A DNA stretch of 64,000 bases from Nitrospirota bacterium (GTDB lineage: Bacteria; Nitrospirota; Nitrospiria; Nitrospirales; Nitrospiraceae): contig CAVPBK010000001.1 of NCBI GenBank assembly GCA_963701855.1, forward strand, positions 1 through 64,000, in the 5' to 3' direction. Positions 9,332-19,655 of this stretch are shown here, piece by piece. Within the stretch, counting starts at the first letter, position 1. Every line of letters starts with the position of its first letter. The position numbers were made by a program, and so were the translations under genes. The notes beneath the pieces are model-generated. The model was given only the letters and a program-made list of their open reading frames with translations. It was not told the origin of the DNA and searched no databases.

Positions 9332-10387
9332 ATGGTCTGGGACCCCAAAGATCCTTGGAGTAAGAAAAGCGACCCGCTTGAGGATGCCCTCAGGCAGGCC
9401 CAATCGCAATTCAAGAATCTGCTGCCCTCATTCAATAATCTGATGCCTTCAAGTGGCTTCAGAAACATCGCCTTGGCAGGGCTCATCGTCTTTCTAGCCT
9501 GGAATAGTGCCTTTATCGTCTCCCCGGATGAGGAGGGCGTCGTCAAGCGATTCGGCGTCCCTGTGCGAACTGTGGGACCTGGCCCCCATGCGAAAATCCC
9601 CTTCGTCGAAACCGTCCTGCAGCCGAAAGTCCAAAAGCTCCATCGTATTGAGGTAGGCTTCCGCACAGACCGGCAGGGTCGCCAGCAGATGCTGGCACAA
9701 GAAGCCTTGATGCTCACCGGCGACATGAACATCCTGGCCATCCAATTCATCGTGCAATACAAGATTAAAGAGTCTGCGAACTATCTCTTTAACGTCGCAG
9801 AAATTCATGAGACGATCGGCAAGGCTGCCGAAGCCTCCATGCGGGAAGTGGTCGGCAAGGGCAAGATCGACGAGGCATTGACGACCGGCAAAGCCCAGAT
9901 CCAGCAGGACACCCAGGTACTCCTGCAATCCCTTCTCGACCAGTATCAGGGCGGCGTCCAGGTTGCAGCCGTCCAACTCCAGGACGTCAGTCCTCCCGAG
10001 GCCGTGGCGGCTGCGTTCAAGGATGTGACGAATGCGAAGGAAGATCGAGAAAAACTGATCAACCAGTCTCAGAGCTATCGCAACGACATTCTCCCCAAAG
10101 CCCAAGGAGAAGCCGCTCAGGTGGTGAACCAGTCCAAGGGCTACGCCCAGGCGCGGCTGAATCGCGCCCAAGGTGAGGCCAACCGTTTTGTGGCGACCCT
10201 GAAAGAATACAATCAGGCTAAAGATATCATCAGCAAGCGGATCTATATCGAAACCATGGAAGAAATCCTGCCGAACGTCGAGAAAATCATCATCGATGGC
10301 AAGGCAGCCGATCGTGTGCTTCCGTACCTTCCGCTCGATCGTCATAAACCCATGACCAGCACCGCCACTGAGGACCGTAAGCCATGA
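9332..10387 (+). CDS. hflK: FtsH protease modulator HflK
   Basis: SPFH domain, MLTGDMNI, VQLQDVSPP, AQGEANRF; paired with hflC. Confidence 0.95.
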   Translation: MVWDPKDPWSKKSDPLEDALRQAQSQFKNLLPSFNNLMPSSGFRNIALAGLIVFLAWNSAFIVSPDEEGVVKRFGVPVRTVGPGPHAKIPFVETVLQPKVQKLHRIEVGFRTDRQGRQQMLAQEALMLTGDMNILAIQFIVQYKIKESANYLFNVAEIHETIGKAAEASMREVVGKGKIDEALTTGKAQIQQDTQVLLQSLLDQYQGGVQVAAVQLQDVSPPEAVAAAFKDVTNAKEDREKLINQSQSYRNDILPKAQGEAAQVVNQSKGYAQARLNRAQGEANRFVATLKEYNQAKDIISKRIYIETMEEILPNVEKIIIDGKAADRVLPYLPLDRHKPMTSTATEDRKP

Positions 10388-11244
10388 CCAAGCAGGGCTT
10401 TATCATTGCACTGCTGGTGGTCGTCATCGGGTTGTTTTTCCTGGGGGCATCACCGCTCTTTGTCGTGGACATCACCCAGAATGCGATCGTGGTCCAGCTC
10501 GGAAAGCCTGTCCGCAATATCACGGAGCCGGGGCTCTATGTGAAAGTCCCGTTCTTTGAAGAAGTCACCTACTTCGATAAGCGCCTGCTGGACTACGACA
10601 CACAGGCGCAAGATGTGATTACACAGGACAAGAAAACCCTCCTTCTCGACAACTACGCCAAATGGCGGATTATCGACCCACTCAAGGTTTATCAGAACTT
10701 TCAAACCCAACGGGGAGCGCTGCAACGGCTCAACGACATTATCTATTCTGAGCTCCGAGTCGAACTCGGGCGCCATGACCTTCTTGAAATCGTCGCGGAT
10801 CACCGCGCCGAACTCATGAAAATCGTGACCCAGCGGTCGCATGAGAAAGCGTCTGCGTATGGGATTGAGATTCAGGACGTGAGAATTAAGCGCGCCGACC
10901 TCCCTGAGCAGAACGAGAAGGCCGTATTCTCCCGGATGCAAGCTGAGCGGGAGCGGCAGGCAAAGCAATACCGCGCGGAAGGTGCTGAGGAAGCACAGAA
11001 AATCCGTTCAGAGGCGGAAAAGGATCGCGAGATTATTCTAGCTCAGGCGTACAAGGAATCTGAGGAACTTCGTGGTGCGGGCGATGCGAAGGCTTTTAAG
11101 GTCTATGCCGACGCTTACCGGCAGGATACACACTTTTTCGAGTTTACTCGCTCGATGGAAGCCTACAAGAAAACCTTCAAAGACAAGTCCACCCTAGTGA
11201 TGAGTCCAGACTCAGAGTTCTTGCATTACCTTAAGCAGCGCTAG
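10384..11244 (+). CDS. hflC: FtsH protease modulator HflC
   Basis: YFDKRLL, DVRIKRADLP, RMQAERER, FFEFTRSMEAY. Confidence 0.95.
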   Translation: MTKQGFIIALLVVVIGLFFLGASPLFVVDITQNAIVVQLGKPVRNITEPGLYVKVPFFEEVTYFDKRLLDYDTQAQDVITQDKKTLLLDNYAKWRIIDPLKVYQNFQTQRGALQRLNDIIYSELRVELGRHDLLEIVADHRAELMKIVTQRSHEKASAYGIEIQDVRIKRADLPEQNEKAVFSRMQAERERQAKQYRAEGAEEAQKIRSEAEKDREIILAQAYKESEELRGAGDAKAFKVYADAYRQDTHFFEFTRSMEAYKKTFKDKSTLVMSPDSEFLHYLKQR

Positions 11245-11247
11245 CCT

Positions 11248-12930
11248 TCAAGACAGTCCCACAATCTCGCCCGTGCCTGGATCAATCCCAATGCGTTCCC
11301 CTGCCGGTTTCTTGGGCAACCCCGGCATGAGTTGAATGCCTGAACAGACCGCCGTGAGAAATCCAGCCCCTGCGAGCATTCGCACCTCCTTGATCGGCAG
11401 CGTAAACCCGGATGGGCGCCCTTTCAACGCCGGATCGTGTGATAGCGATAACGGCGTCTTAGCCATGCAGATAGGCAGCCGATCAAGTCCGAGCTGCTGC
11501 GCTACCTCGATGTCTTGTTCAGCTTGTGCGTCGAACGATACGGCCGAAGCCCCGTACATTTGCGTGGCAATAGTCTGGATTTTCTTTTTGATCGGCCAGA
11601 CAACGTCATATAAATGATTGAACGCGGACGTCTTCTCTGTGGCTCTCACCACGGCCCTCGCCAACTCTTCAGCCCCTGCACCGCCATTGGCCCAATGGGC
11701 TGAGACCGCGGCATCCACCGCACCAACCTCTCGGGACCGTTCTCTCACCCATTCCAGTTCAGCTACTGGATCATCAATGAACGCATTAACCGCCACCACC
11801 ACGGGTACTCCATGAGCTTTCACGTTCGCGATATGCTGCTCCAAGTTCGCAAAGCCTTGTACCAATGCCTCTTGATTGGGCCTGGTAAGCCCTGCCGGAA
11901 GCGGAGTTCCAACTTTGACCGCTCCTCCACCACCATGAAGCTTGAGTGCGCGAAGCGTCACGACAACCACGGCCGCCGCCGGCTTGAATCCTGAGAGACG
12001 GCACTTGATATTGAAAAATTTCTCCGCCCCGAGATCACTCCCAAATCCAGCCTCCGTGACGACATAGTCTGCACAACGCAATGCAATGGCATCGGAGAGG
12101 ATCGAACAATTCCCATGGGCAATATTGCCAAACGGACCCGTATGCACAAACGCCGCAGTGCCTTCCAGCGTCTGAACCAAGTTCGGCAATAGTGCTTCTC
12201 TCAGCAAGACTGCCATGGACCCGGCACACCCAAGCTCTTCTGCCCGTACAGGCTTACCATCCGTTGTAAACCCAACGATGATCTGCCCAAGCCTTTGTCG
12301 CAGGTCGGCTTGACTCGATGCCAATGCAAGCATCGCCATAACTTCGGAAGCTTCGGTAATTACAAACTGACCCCTGTGGCCCGCAGTCCCTTCTCCCAGC
12401 GAGATCTGCCTTAATGCCCGATCGCTGACTCCCAATGTCCGTGGCCAGATGATCCGACTTGGATCTACTTGAAGCGCATTCCCATGAAACATGTGATTAT
12501 CAACAAATGCCGATAAGAGATTGTGACTCGCAGATACAGCATGAGCGTCGCCGGTCAAGTGGAGGTTGATTTCTTCCATCGGAAGGACTTGCGCCCTTCC
12601 TCCTCCTGTTCCTCCCCCTTTGATCCCAAACACCGGCCCCAACGAAGGTTGCCGAAGCGTGACTGCCGTTCGATGGCCAATGCGGGAAAGGCCCATGGCA
12701 AGCCCGATGGATGTTGTCGTCTTGCCTTCTCCGAGTGGGGTCGGATTGATGGCGGTCACGAGTATGTACTTACCGAGCGGTGCGGCCTGAAGCCGCTCAA
12801 GTACGTCAAGCGAAACCTTCGCCTTTAGCTTTCCGTACGGAAGTAGTTCACTGGCCTGGATGCCAAGTTGATCAGCAACATCCTGAATTGGATGCGCCTT
12901 CACTGATCGGTTGATCTCGATATCGGTCAT
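11248..12930 (-). CDS. fhs: Formate--tetrahydrofolate ligase
   Basis: TAINPTPLGEGKTT, GIKGGGTGGGRAQV, HTGPFGNIAHG, TEAGFGSDLGAEKF, MPGLPK. Confidence 0.97.
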   Translation of the reverse strand: MTDIEINRSVKAHPIQDVADQLGIQASELLPYGKLKAKVSLDVLERLQAAPLGKYILVTAINPTPLGEGKTTTSIGLAMGLSRIGHRTAVTLRQPSLGPVFGIKGGGTGGGRAQVLPMEEINLHLTGDAHAVSASHNLLSAFVDNHMFHGNALQVDPSRIIWPRTLGVSDRALRQISLGEGTAGHRGQFVITEASEVMAMLALASSQADLRQRLGQIIVGFTTDGKPVRAEELGCAGSMAVLLREALLPNLVQTLEGTAAFVHTGPFGNIAHGNCSILSDAIALRCADYVVTEAGFGSDLGAEKFFNIKCRLSGFKPAAAVVVVTLRALKLHGGGGAVKVGTPLPAGLTRPNQEALVQGFANLEQHIANVKAHGVPVVVAVNAFIDDPVAELEWVRERSREVGAVDAAVSAHWANGGAGAEELARAVVRATEKTSAFNHLYDVVWPIKKKIQTIATQMYGASAVSFDAQAEQDIEVAQQLGLDRLPICMAKTPLSLSHDPALKGRPSGFTLPIKEVRMLAGAGFLTAVCSGIQLMPGLPKKPAGERIGIDPGTGEIVGLS

Positions 12931-13099
12931 AAGTTGAGAGACGGCATGATCTCTATAACCGTAATGGCACGGCAGTATAGCATAGGAGTTAAGCCGATTC
13001 GGTTGGGATCGTCGGGTGGGAAGATTGAGTACAGTGTGCCCTCGCCATAACCCAAGTCAGTTGATGACGAGCCTGCCGGTGAAACAGGAGGTTAACCAG

Positions 13100-14146
13100 C
13101 TATTCGAGGATGTACTTTACTGGGTCTAGCGCTTGGCCATTAACCTTAACCATGTAGTGCAAATGAGGCCCCGTGGCTAGTCCACTGCTGCCGACTAAAG
13201 CAATGACATCCCCACGCTTCACTCGTTGCCCTTCTTTGACTAGGGACTTGGCTAGGTGGCCATAGAGAGTTTCGATACCGAATCCATGGTCGACCTTCAC
13301 GAGAGTTCCCAGTTTAGGATCGAAGCCGACTGCTGTGACCCGTCCTTGAGCTGGAGCCTGAACTGGCGCATTGGCAGCAGCTCCAATATCCAACCCGTCA
13401 TGCCAAGCGGGCTTTTCTGTAAACGGGGAAACTCTTGGTCCAAACCCGGAGGTCACCCACCCCTTCACCGGCCAAATGGACGGGGTTGCTGCCCATCGAG
13501 AAGATTTCTTTTCGGCAGCCAAGGACAATTCTTGAAGCGATTGTTCCTGGACCGCGGCTTCTTTCGTCAGCCAGTCTATACCATCCTTGATTGAGGCGAT
13601 CCTCTCCTCCTCGGTGAAACTGCTTGAACCGGCAGATAAACTCGGTTGGCCATTCAGACCACTTTGACTGGGCTCCACTGAACCTGAGTGCTGAGTCACA
13701 ATATCATTCTTGAGACTCTTCTCAGAGGCAGGAAGAGTATTACCATCGGGAAGGGGAGAATCCTCCCCACCTCGACCGTTAGCCACATCCCCTGGCTTCG
13801 GGTTCTCGATTCCCAACATAACCCGGAGTCGCAGATTGACCTCCTTCATGCTCGTTAGGCGCTTTTTCAAATCGTCGACAGCAGTAGAAAAGGCCTCCGT
13901 CTGCTCCCGTGCACTCATGACTTCTGTCCGGAATGCTGAGAGCTCCCAGACTTCGCCAGTTCTAATCACATAGTGCGAGATGACGAAAATGTCGACTAAG
14001 GCAAAAATAGCTCCGACAATCAATAACTTGCTGACAAGTTTGCGAGGAAAACTAAATCGCAGTGGCTTGGCTGTTGAGCCACGAAAAATCACGACGGTAT
14101 AGGCATCGCTGTCTTCGGCACCGTTCATTTGTCCCATGATCCTCAC
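13100..14146 (-). CDS. M23 family metallopeptidase (murein hydrolase activator type)
   Basis: TPSIWPVKGWVTSGFG, HDGLD, YGHL, TGPHLHY; coiled-coil N-terminal part. Confidence 0.9.
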   Translation of the reverse strand: MRIMGQMNGAEDSDAYTVVIFRGSTAKPLRFSFPRKLVSKLLIVGAIFALVDIFVISHYVIRTGEVWELSAFRTEVMSAREQTEAFSTAVDDLKKRLTSMKEVNLRLRVMLGIENPKPGDVANGRGGEDSPLPDGNTLPASEKSLKNDIVTQHSGSVEPSQSGLNGQPSLSAGSSSFTEEERIASIKDGIDWLTKEAAVQEQSLQELSLAAEKKSSRWAATPSIWPVKGWVTSGFGPRVSPFTEKPAWHDGLDIGAAANAPVQAPAQGRVTAVGFDPKLGTLVKVDHGFGIETLYGHLAKSLVKEGQRVKRGDVIALVGSSGLATGPHLHYMVKVNGQALDPVKYILE

Positions 14147-14198
14147 CCCTTGCTGGATGGGCTGTTCCGCTTCCTACAATAAATAATTAGCCTTGGCG

Positions 14199-14227
14199 AG
14201 TGTATCGATCTAAATCACTTCAGTCAA
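14199..14227 (-). promoter_or_regulatory. Sigma70-type promoter for M23 gene
   Basis: TTGACT-17bp-TACACT on minus strand. Confidence 0.55.
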
Positions 14228-14266
14228 CCCCTCACTTTGGCGATGAAGAACTCCTTTACTAGCCAA

Positions 14267-14614
14267 TTAGCAGTGGGTCTCACTACGCACCCACCCCATA
14301 TATCGATCAAGGCCTTTCTTCACCGGCAATGCGATAATCTCAGGAGTCTCATACGTGTGCATCGCCTTGATTGCTTTTTCGAGTGCACGATACCGAGGCT
14401 GCGTGGACTTTAATATGAGGAGAGTTTCTTGTGCCTTGACAACTTTTCCCTTCCAACGATAAATCGATTGGACTCCCGGGATAATGTTCGCACAGGCAGC
14501 CAGCTTCGTATTCACCATTTCTATACCAATCCTTACCGCCTCCTCTTGATTTGCCGTCGTGACCAAGATAACAAAGACCTGTTCTGCTGATTTCTTCATA
14601 AGAGGCGCGACCAC
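14267..14614 (-). CDS. cutA: Divalent-cation tolerance protein CutA
   Basis: LAACANIIPGVQSIYRWKG, HTYETPEIIALP. Confidence 0.93.
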   Translation of the reverse strand: MVAPLMKKSAEQVFVILVTTANQEEAVRIGIEMVNTKLAACANIIPGVQSIYRWKGKVVKAQETLLILKSTQPRYRALEKAIKAMHTYETPEIIALPVKKGLDRYMGWVRSETHC

Positions 14615-14988
14615 TGTATGACATCCTTTCTGCCTGCAATGATCCCTGCCATTCTCTCTTAATAGAATGGCAGAGCAATTTCTGGGCCTACTACGTAGAC
14701 AAATGCGTGATTATCACAACTTATCAATATCTTATGATTTTATACTTACCAACCCTGTGCTAGCTCTCTTCCGTAGCTAAAATAAGTTGCAAAAAGGCTT
14801 CACAAAGACAGGAGTTGACATAAATGTACATTTTTTGCCCCCTCTTCTCTCAAGGAATGAGTAGTATGTGATCTTACCATTTGTTACTCTCCATCTCAGA
14901 AAAGGTGCGACAGAGGACCCCATCGGGCTCATTGACAAGCTTTTCGCCCCTCGCATATTATGACAATCTCAATCAAGGAGGATGCTTG

Positions 14989-15315
14989 ATGGGCTTTGTC
15001 ATTTCCCCAAAAGAACTGAAAGCACGTCTTGATAAAGGCGACAAATTAGTACTGGTTGATGTGAGAGAGGAATGGGAATATTCCCTTGCGAAACTGGACG
15101 GCTCAATTCTTATTCCCCTTGGAACGCTCCCTCAATCACTTGCTCGGTTGACCCGCGACTCGGAAATTATTGCCATCTGCCACCATGGCATGAGAAGCGC
15201 CGACGCGACGACCTTCTTGCTTCAACAAGGATTCCCTAATGTGAAGAATTTGGTGGGGGGAATCGACGCCTGGTCAACTCAGGTGGATGGAACCGTTCCT
15301 CGCTATCAAGGATAG
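14989..15315 (+). CDS. Rhodanese-like sulfurtransferase
   Basis: VDVREEWE, ICHHGMRS, NLVGGIDAWS; AGGAGG RBS before ATG 14989. Confidence 0.9.
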   Translation: MGFVISPKELKARLDKGDKLVLVDVREEWEYSLAKLDGSILIPLGTLPQSLARLTRDSEIIAICHHGMRSADATTFLLQQGFPNVKNLVGGIDAWSTQVDGTVPRYQG

Positions 15316-15372
15316 CCCAGCTCCACCAAGGCCCTTGGCACAGAGACACTTCCCCCCCTACTACAGTCGACG

Positions 15373-16296
15373 CTAGCTCAATCGCTCGCGGAAATAGTCG
15401 ACGGTGCGCTTGAGTCCTTCACTCAGTTCGGTTCTTGGCTCCCAGGACAATTCTTGACGGAGCTTGCCCGAATCAATCACACTCCGTACCTGTTCGCCAG
15501 TCTTGGCTGGTCCATGAACTTCCTTGCATGTTGAACTCGTACGGCTGACTAAAATCCTGAACAAATCGTTGATTGAGGTTTCTTCTCCCGTTCCAACATT
15601 ATAGGTTCCTTGTGTTTCCTGACCCATCACCGCAAGGTTAGCCTCAACGACATCTTCGACATAGACGAAGTCTCGTGTTTGCCGTCCATTCCCATAGACT
15701 ATCGCTTGCTCGTTATTCAGGAGCTTCTGAATAAAAATCGCAACCACGCCGGCCTCTCCATCAGGATCCTGACGTGGACCATACACATTGGCATAGCGGA
15801 GGCTCACTATTTGAAGTCCGCTCACTCGTTGATAGTAGGAAAGATACTGCTCCCCGCACAGCTTACTAATACCGTACGGCGACAAAGGCCGCGTGATATG
15901 GGACTCGGGAGCAGGATAGATCTCTTGCTCGCCATAGATGGCGCCACCGGAAGAAGAAAATACCACCTTTCGCACGCCATGCCTGATCGCTTGCTGCAGC
16001 ACGTTCAACGTCCCAAGGACATTCACCTGGGCATCGAAGAGCGGATCTTCCACAGATTTACGGACGTCCATCTGTGCAGCAAGATGCATGACAATATTGG
16101 GTCGCTCGTTGCGAAACACCCGTTCGAGTCGCCAACTTTGAATATCCAGTTTGCAGAAACGAGCGGCGCGATTGAGGTTTCGCCGTTTCCCCGTGGACAA
16201 ATTGTCCACCACAACAACCTCATGCCCTTCTTGGACAAGACGATCGACCAAGTGCGACCCAATAAAACCGGCACCTCCGGTTACGAGTACTTTCAT
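15373..16296 (-). CDS. NAD-dependent epimerase/dehydratase (UDP-glucose 4-epimerase-like)
   Basis: VTGGAGFIGSH, YGISK, LRYANVYGPRQ, TRDFVYV. Confidence 0.92.
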   Translation of the reverse strand: MKVLVTGGAGFIGSHLVDRLVQEGHEVVVVDNLSTGKRRNLNRAARFCKLDIQSWRLERVFRNERPNIVMHLAAQMDVRKSVEDPLFDAQVNVLGTLNVLQQAIRHGVRKVVFSSSGGAIYGEQEIYPAPESHITRPLSPYGISKLCGEQYLSYYQRVSGLQIVSLRYANVYGPRQDPDGEAGVVAIFIQKLLNNEQAIVYGNGRQTRDFVYVEDVVEANLAVMGQETQGTYNVGTGEETSINDLFRILVSRTSSTCKEVHGPAKTGEQVRSVIDSGKLRQELSWEPRTELSEGLKRTVDYFRERLS

Positions 16297-16350
16297 GCGT
16301 GCCCCCATCCCCAATGAATCCGTGACATCATCTATCCACCGCCCATCCAA

Positions 16351-17127
16351 TCAGGCTGTGGGCTCACGTTCAAAACCTACAAGAATTTCCCGATTCCCTT
16401 TCCGTCCTATCACGGGAGAATCGAGCACGCCTTTCAGCTGAAGCCCCAAATGAGCGGCACAGGCAATGACCTTCTCAGTCACCGCCTCACGCTGCGTATC
16501 GTCTCGCACAATCCCCCCTCGCCCCACCTGCCCCTTACCAACTTCAAACTGTGGCTTCACCAACACCACGACCACTGCGGAGCTGTTGAGCAGATGGACG
16601 ACCGAAGGCAACACCAGCGTCAGAGAAATAAAAGATACGTCGATCACCGCCATGTCGATCAGCTCAGGAACCGTTGCACGGTCAACATACCGAATATTGG
16701 TCCGTTCGAGCAAGACAACACGCGGATCTTTGCGGAGCCTCCAATCAAACTGTCCATACCCTACATCGATGGCATAGATGCGGGTAGCTCCTCGCTGCAA
16801 CAAACAGTCGGTGAACCCACCGGTCGAACACCCGACATCCAAACCGATTGTCCCTCTCGGGTCAATATGAAAGACATCAAGAGCTGCAGCCAGCTTGTCA
16901 CCCGATCGGCTGACGAACAACGCAGGCTGCAGGATCTCAATCCGCGCATCCAGAGGCACCAGCTTCGCAGGCTTATCCACCATAATTCCATCCACCGATA
17001 CTCCACCTGCCAGGACAATTCTGGCCGCAGCCTCACGACTAGGCATCAAACCCTGAGCTGCAAGCACACGATCCAACCGTTCTTTGTGAACACGTGGAAG
17101 GGAAGCCATGTCGACTAAGGAAACCAC
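16351..17127 (-). CDS. tlyA: TlyA family rRNA (cytidine-2'-O)-methyltransferase
   Basis: S4 domain, FVSRSGDKL, DVGCSTGGFTD, DVSFISL, LVKPQFE, GNRE. Confidence 0.93.
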   Translation of the reverse strand: MVSLVDMASLPRVHKERLDRVLAAQGLMPSREAAARIVLAGGVSVDGIMVDKPAKLVPLDARIEILQPALFVSRSGDKLAAALDVFHIDPRGTIGLDVGCSTGGFTDCLLQRGATRIYAIDVGYGQFDWRLRKDPRVVLLERTNIRYVDRATVPELIDMAVIDVSFISLTLVLPSVVHLLNSSAVVVVLVKPQFEVGKGQVGRGGIVRDDTQREAVTEKVIACAAHLGLQLKGVLDSPVIGRKGNREILVGFEREPTA

Positions 17128-17169
17128 TCATCGGGGCATGGATGGAAATAGAAGCCTGAACTAGGAACG

Positions 17170-17418
17170 CTAGGAGGACGGTTCATCAGCTGCGTTGTCT
17201 AGAGAGTACGCGTGGATGCGTTTCTTGCCATTCTTATCTTGCACGAGCACTTCTACTTTATGCTCAGCCTCTTCTAAAATCTTGAGACAATTTTTCGAGA
17301 GGCGAATTCCCTCTTCAAAGATCTTGAGAGACTCGTCGAGAGGGAGGTCGCTTTTTTCCAACTCACCAACAATGGCTTCCAACCGCGCCATTGCCTGTTC
17401 AAATTTCACCGCTGCCAC
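17170..17418 (-). CDS. xseB: Exodeoxyribonuclease VII small subunit
   Basis: FEQAMARLEAIV..LDESLKIFEEG; adjacent to xseA. Confidence 0.93.
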   Translation of the reverse strand: MAAVKFEQAMARLEAIVGELEKSDLPLDESLKIFEEGIRLSKNCLKILEEAEHKVEVLVQDKNGKKRIHAYSLDNAADEPSS

Positions 17419-17480
17419 AGTACGCCTCGCTATAAATAATTAATCAGTAGCAGCCCATTATACTCGGCCACACCGCGATT

Positions 17481-18827
17481 TCAAACTGAGGAATCGTTAA
17501 ACACATGCGTGACTGTACAACTCAACCGACCGCTTGCCAATTGAGCCTCCAACTCCTGTCCAACCTCCACATCGCTTGCTCGATGGAGAATCTGACCAGC
17601 TGGAATCGTTTGTAGAATACTGTACCCACGTTCAAGAATCGCCAAAGGACTCAGGGTATTAAGCTGCGCCAACATGGCGTGAATCCGGTGATGATGTTGC
17701 GTCAGTATGACTCCCATCTGCCCCTCAAGGCGCTTCGAGAACTGCGGGACTGTCGCCAGACCTTGTTTGATCGCAAGAATAGGGTTGAGACCGGATAGAT
17801 CACGCTGCGCCTCATGAACCTGTTCACGCCTGGACATAAGCAGTTGTTGGACCATTGTGCGCAATCGATCAACCATATCATCGGTCCGTTGAGCCGCTTC
17901 CTGGAGACGGAAGCGTACATCCGTCAACCCTCGAATGCCGGCATCAAGCCGCTGCCGCTCAAAAGCACAATGCCGGAGCATCACCTGTCCCGTACGAACC
18001 GTTAGCTCCCGCAATCGTTCCACGATCTCGGCCAACACCGGGACCACAGCTTCGGCAGCCACAGATGGCGTCGGCGCTCGGAGATCGGCAGCGAAATCGG
18101 CGAGCGTCACATCGATTTCATGCCCAACCGCCGACACCACTGGTACATGGGATGCGGCAATAGCGCGCACCACGATCTCCTCGTTGAAACTCCAGAGATC
18201 TTCTAATGATCCTCCACCTCGCCCGACAATGATGACATCCACGAAGCTCAGCTCATTCAAGGCATTTAGTGCCTCGGCAATTTGTCTCCCGGCACTCTCC
18301 CCCTGGACTTGAACCGGAGCGATAACAATACGGAGTGTCGGCCAGCGTCGTCGAAGAACGACAAGGATATCTCGAATGGCTGCACCAGTCAGTGACGTGA
18401 CCACACCCACAGTTCGAGGATAGGCCGGGATCGATTTCTTTCTGTCCTGATCGAACAGTCCCTCCTCCGTCAATCGTTCCTTTAACTGCTCAAATGCGAT
18501 CTGTAATGCACCGATTCCTTTCGGCTCCACCGTATCGAGCACAATCTGATATTCTCCGCGCGGTTCGTAGACCGTGAGCCGTCCCCGCACGATCACCTGC
18601 ATCCCTTCTTGCAAGGCAAAGCGAAGCCGGATGGCGCTGGACCGGAACAGCACCGCACGGATTTGGCTCGTCTTGTCCTTGAGGGTACAATAGACGTGTC
18701 CCGATCCTGGGGTGCGGAGATTGGAGAGTTCACCCTCCAAGTAAACGTCGGAGAATTGTTCTTCGATTGAGGTGCGAAGCAGCCCCGTCAACTCCGAAAC
18801 CGTTAACATCCGTTTCGGAAGAACCAC
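17481..18827 (-). CDS. xseA: Exodeoxyribonuclease VII large subunit
   Basis: GELSN, SGHVY, RGGGSLEDLWSFN, VGHEID, APTPS. Confidence 0.96.
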   Translation of the reverse strand: MVLPKRMLTVSELTGLLRTSIEEQFSDVYLEGELSNLRTPGSGHVYCTLKDKTSQIRAVLFRSSAIRLRFALQEGMQVIVRGRLTVYEPRGEYQIVLDTVEPKGIGALQIAFEQLKERLTEEGLFDQDRKKSIPAYPRTVGVVTSLTGAAIRDILVVLRRRWPTLRIVIAPVQVQGESAGRQIAEALNALNELSFVDVIIVGRGGGSLEDLWSFNEEIVVRAIAASHVPVVSAVGHEIDVTLADFAADLRAPTPSVAAEAVVPVLAEIVERLRELTVRTGQVMLRHCAFERQRLDAGIRGLTDVRFRLQEAAQRTDDMVDRLRTMVQQLLMSRREQVHEAQRDLSGLNPILAIKQGLATVPQFSKRLEGQMGVILTQHHHRIHAMLAQLNTLSPLAILERGYSILQTIPAGQILHRASDVEVGQELEAQLASGRLSCTVTHVFNDSSV

Positions 18828-18875
18828 GGGAGAGAAGAGATCGGGACAATCGGAAGGGCTCGTGGTGAGTCTCCT

Positions 18876-19655
18876 TTAATCGATGATGCGAATTCGTTCG
18901 ATCGACAGCGCCTTCCCAAGGCGCGCATCAAGTTCGAGCAGGACCGCACAAAAGACAGCAGGCCCAGAAGCCACTTCAAAACGCCGCGGCATCCCAGTCA
19001 GAAACTTTTCGATCGCCAACTCTTTCTTCACTCCGATGACGGAATGGAGCGGACCGGTCATCCCAATATCCGTCAGATACGCGGTCCCTTTCGGAAGAAT
19101 TTGCTCATCGGCCGTTTGCACATGTGTATGGGTTCCGACTACGGCAACAACCTCTCCGTCCAAATAATGTCCCATCGCCATTTTCTCCGATGTGGCCTCC
19201 GCATGCATATCGACAATCACGGCAACCGTTCGCTTTTTCAGGGCAGCTAATTCTTTTTTGGCCACCTGGAACGGACAGTCCAACGTCGGCATGTACGCCC
19301 GCCCCATCAGCTGGAGAACACCGAGCTGCTCCCCCCCAGCCGACTCAACCACCACACTTCCGTAACCTGGCACACCATTCGGATAATTAGCCGGACGAAG
19401 GAGTCGTGGCTCTCGGGGAAAGTAGTCGAGAATCTCCTTCTTATCCCAGGCATGATTCCCAGTCGTAATCACCGCGAGGCCAAGATCGAATAACTCCTCT
19501 GCCAACTCTGGCGTAATGCCAAACCCGCCGGCCGCATTCTCTCCATTCCCGATAACGATATCGATCTGTCGCTGAGCCACCAATTTAGGAACAGCCCTGG
19601 CCAACGCACGGCGCCCAGGCTCTCCAAAGATATCGCCGATGAAGAGAACTTTCAC
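18876..19655 (-). CDS. ymdB: YmdB-like metallophosphoesterase (TIGR00282 type)
   Basis: GDIFG, NGENAAGG, GNHAWD, DMHAEATSEK, GTHTHVQTAD; follows rny. Confidence 0.92.
   Translation of the reverse strand: MKVLFIGDIFGEPGRRALARAVPKLVAQRQIDIVIGNGENAAGGFGITPELAEELFDLGLAVITTGNHAWDKKEILDYFPREPRLLRPANYPNGVPGYGSVVVESAGGEQLGVLQLMGRAYMPTLDCPFQVAKKELAALKKRTVAVIVDMHAEATSEKMAMGHYLDGEVVAVVGTHTHVQTADEQILPKGTAYLTDIGMTGPLHSVIGVKKELAIEKFLTGMPRRFEVASGPAVFCAVLLELDARLGKALSIERIRIID

Noticed and set aside
12931..13099. ZTP or THF riboswitch upstream of fhs
   Set aside because: No recognisable conserved aptamer motifs; a -10-like TATACT lies close to the start.
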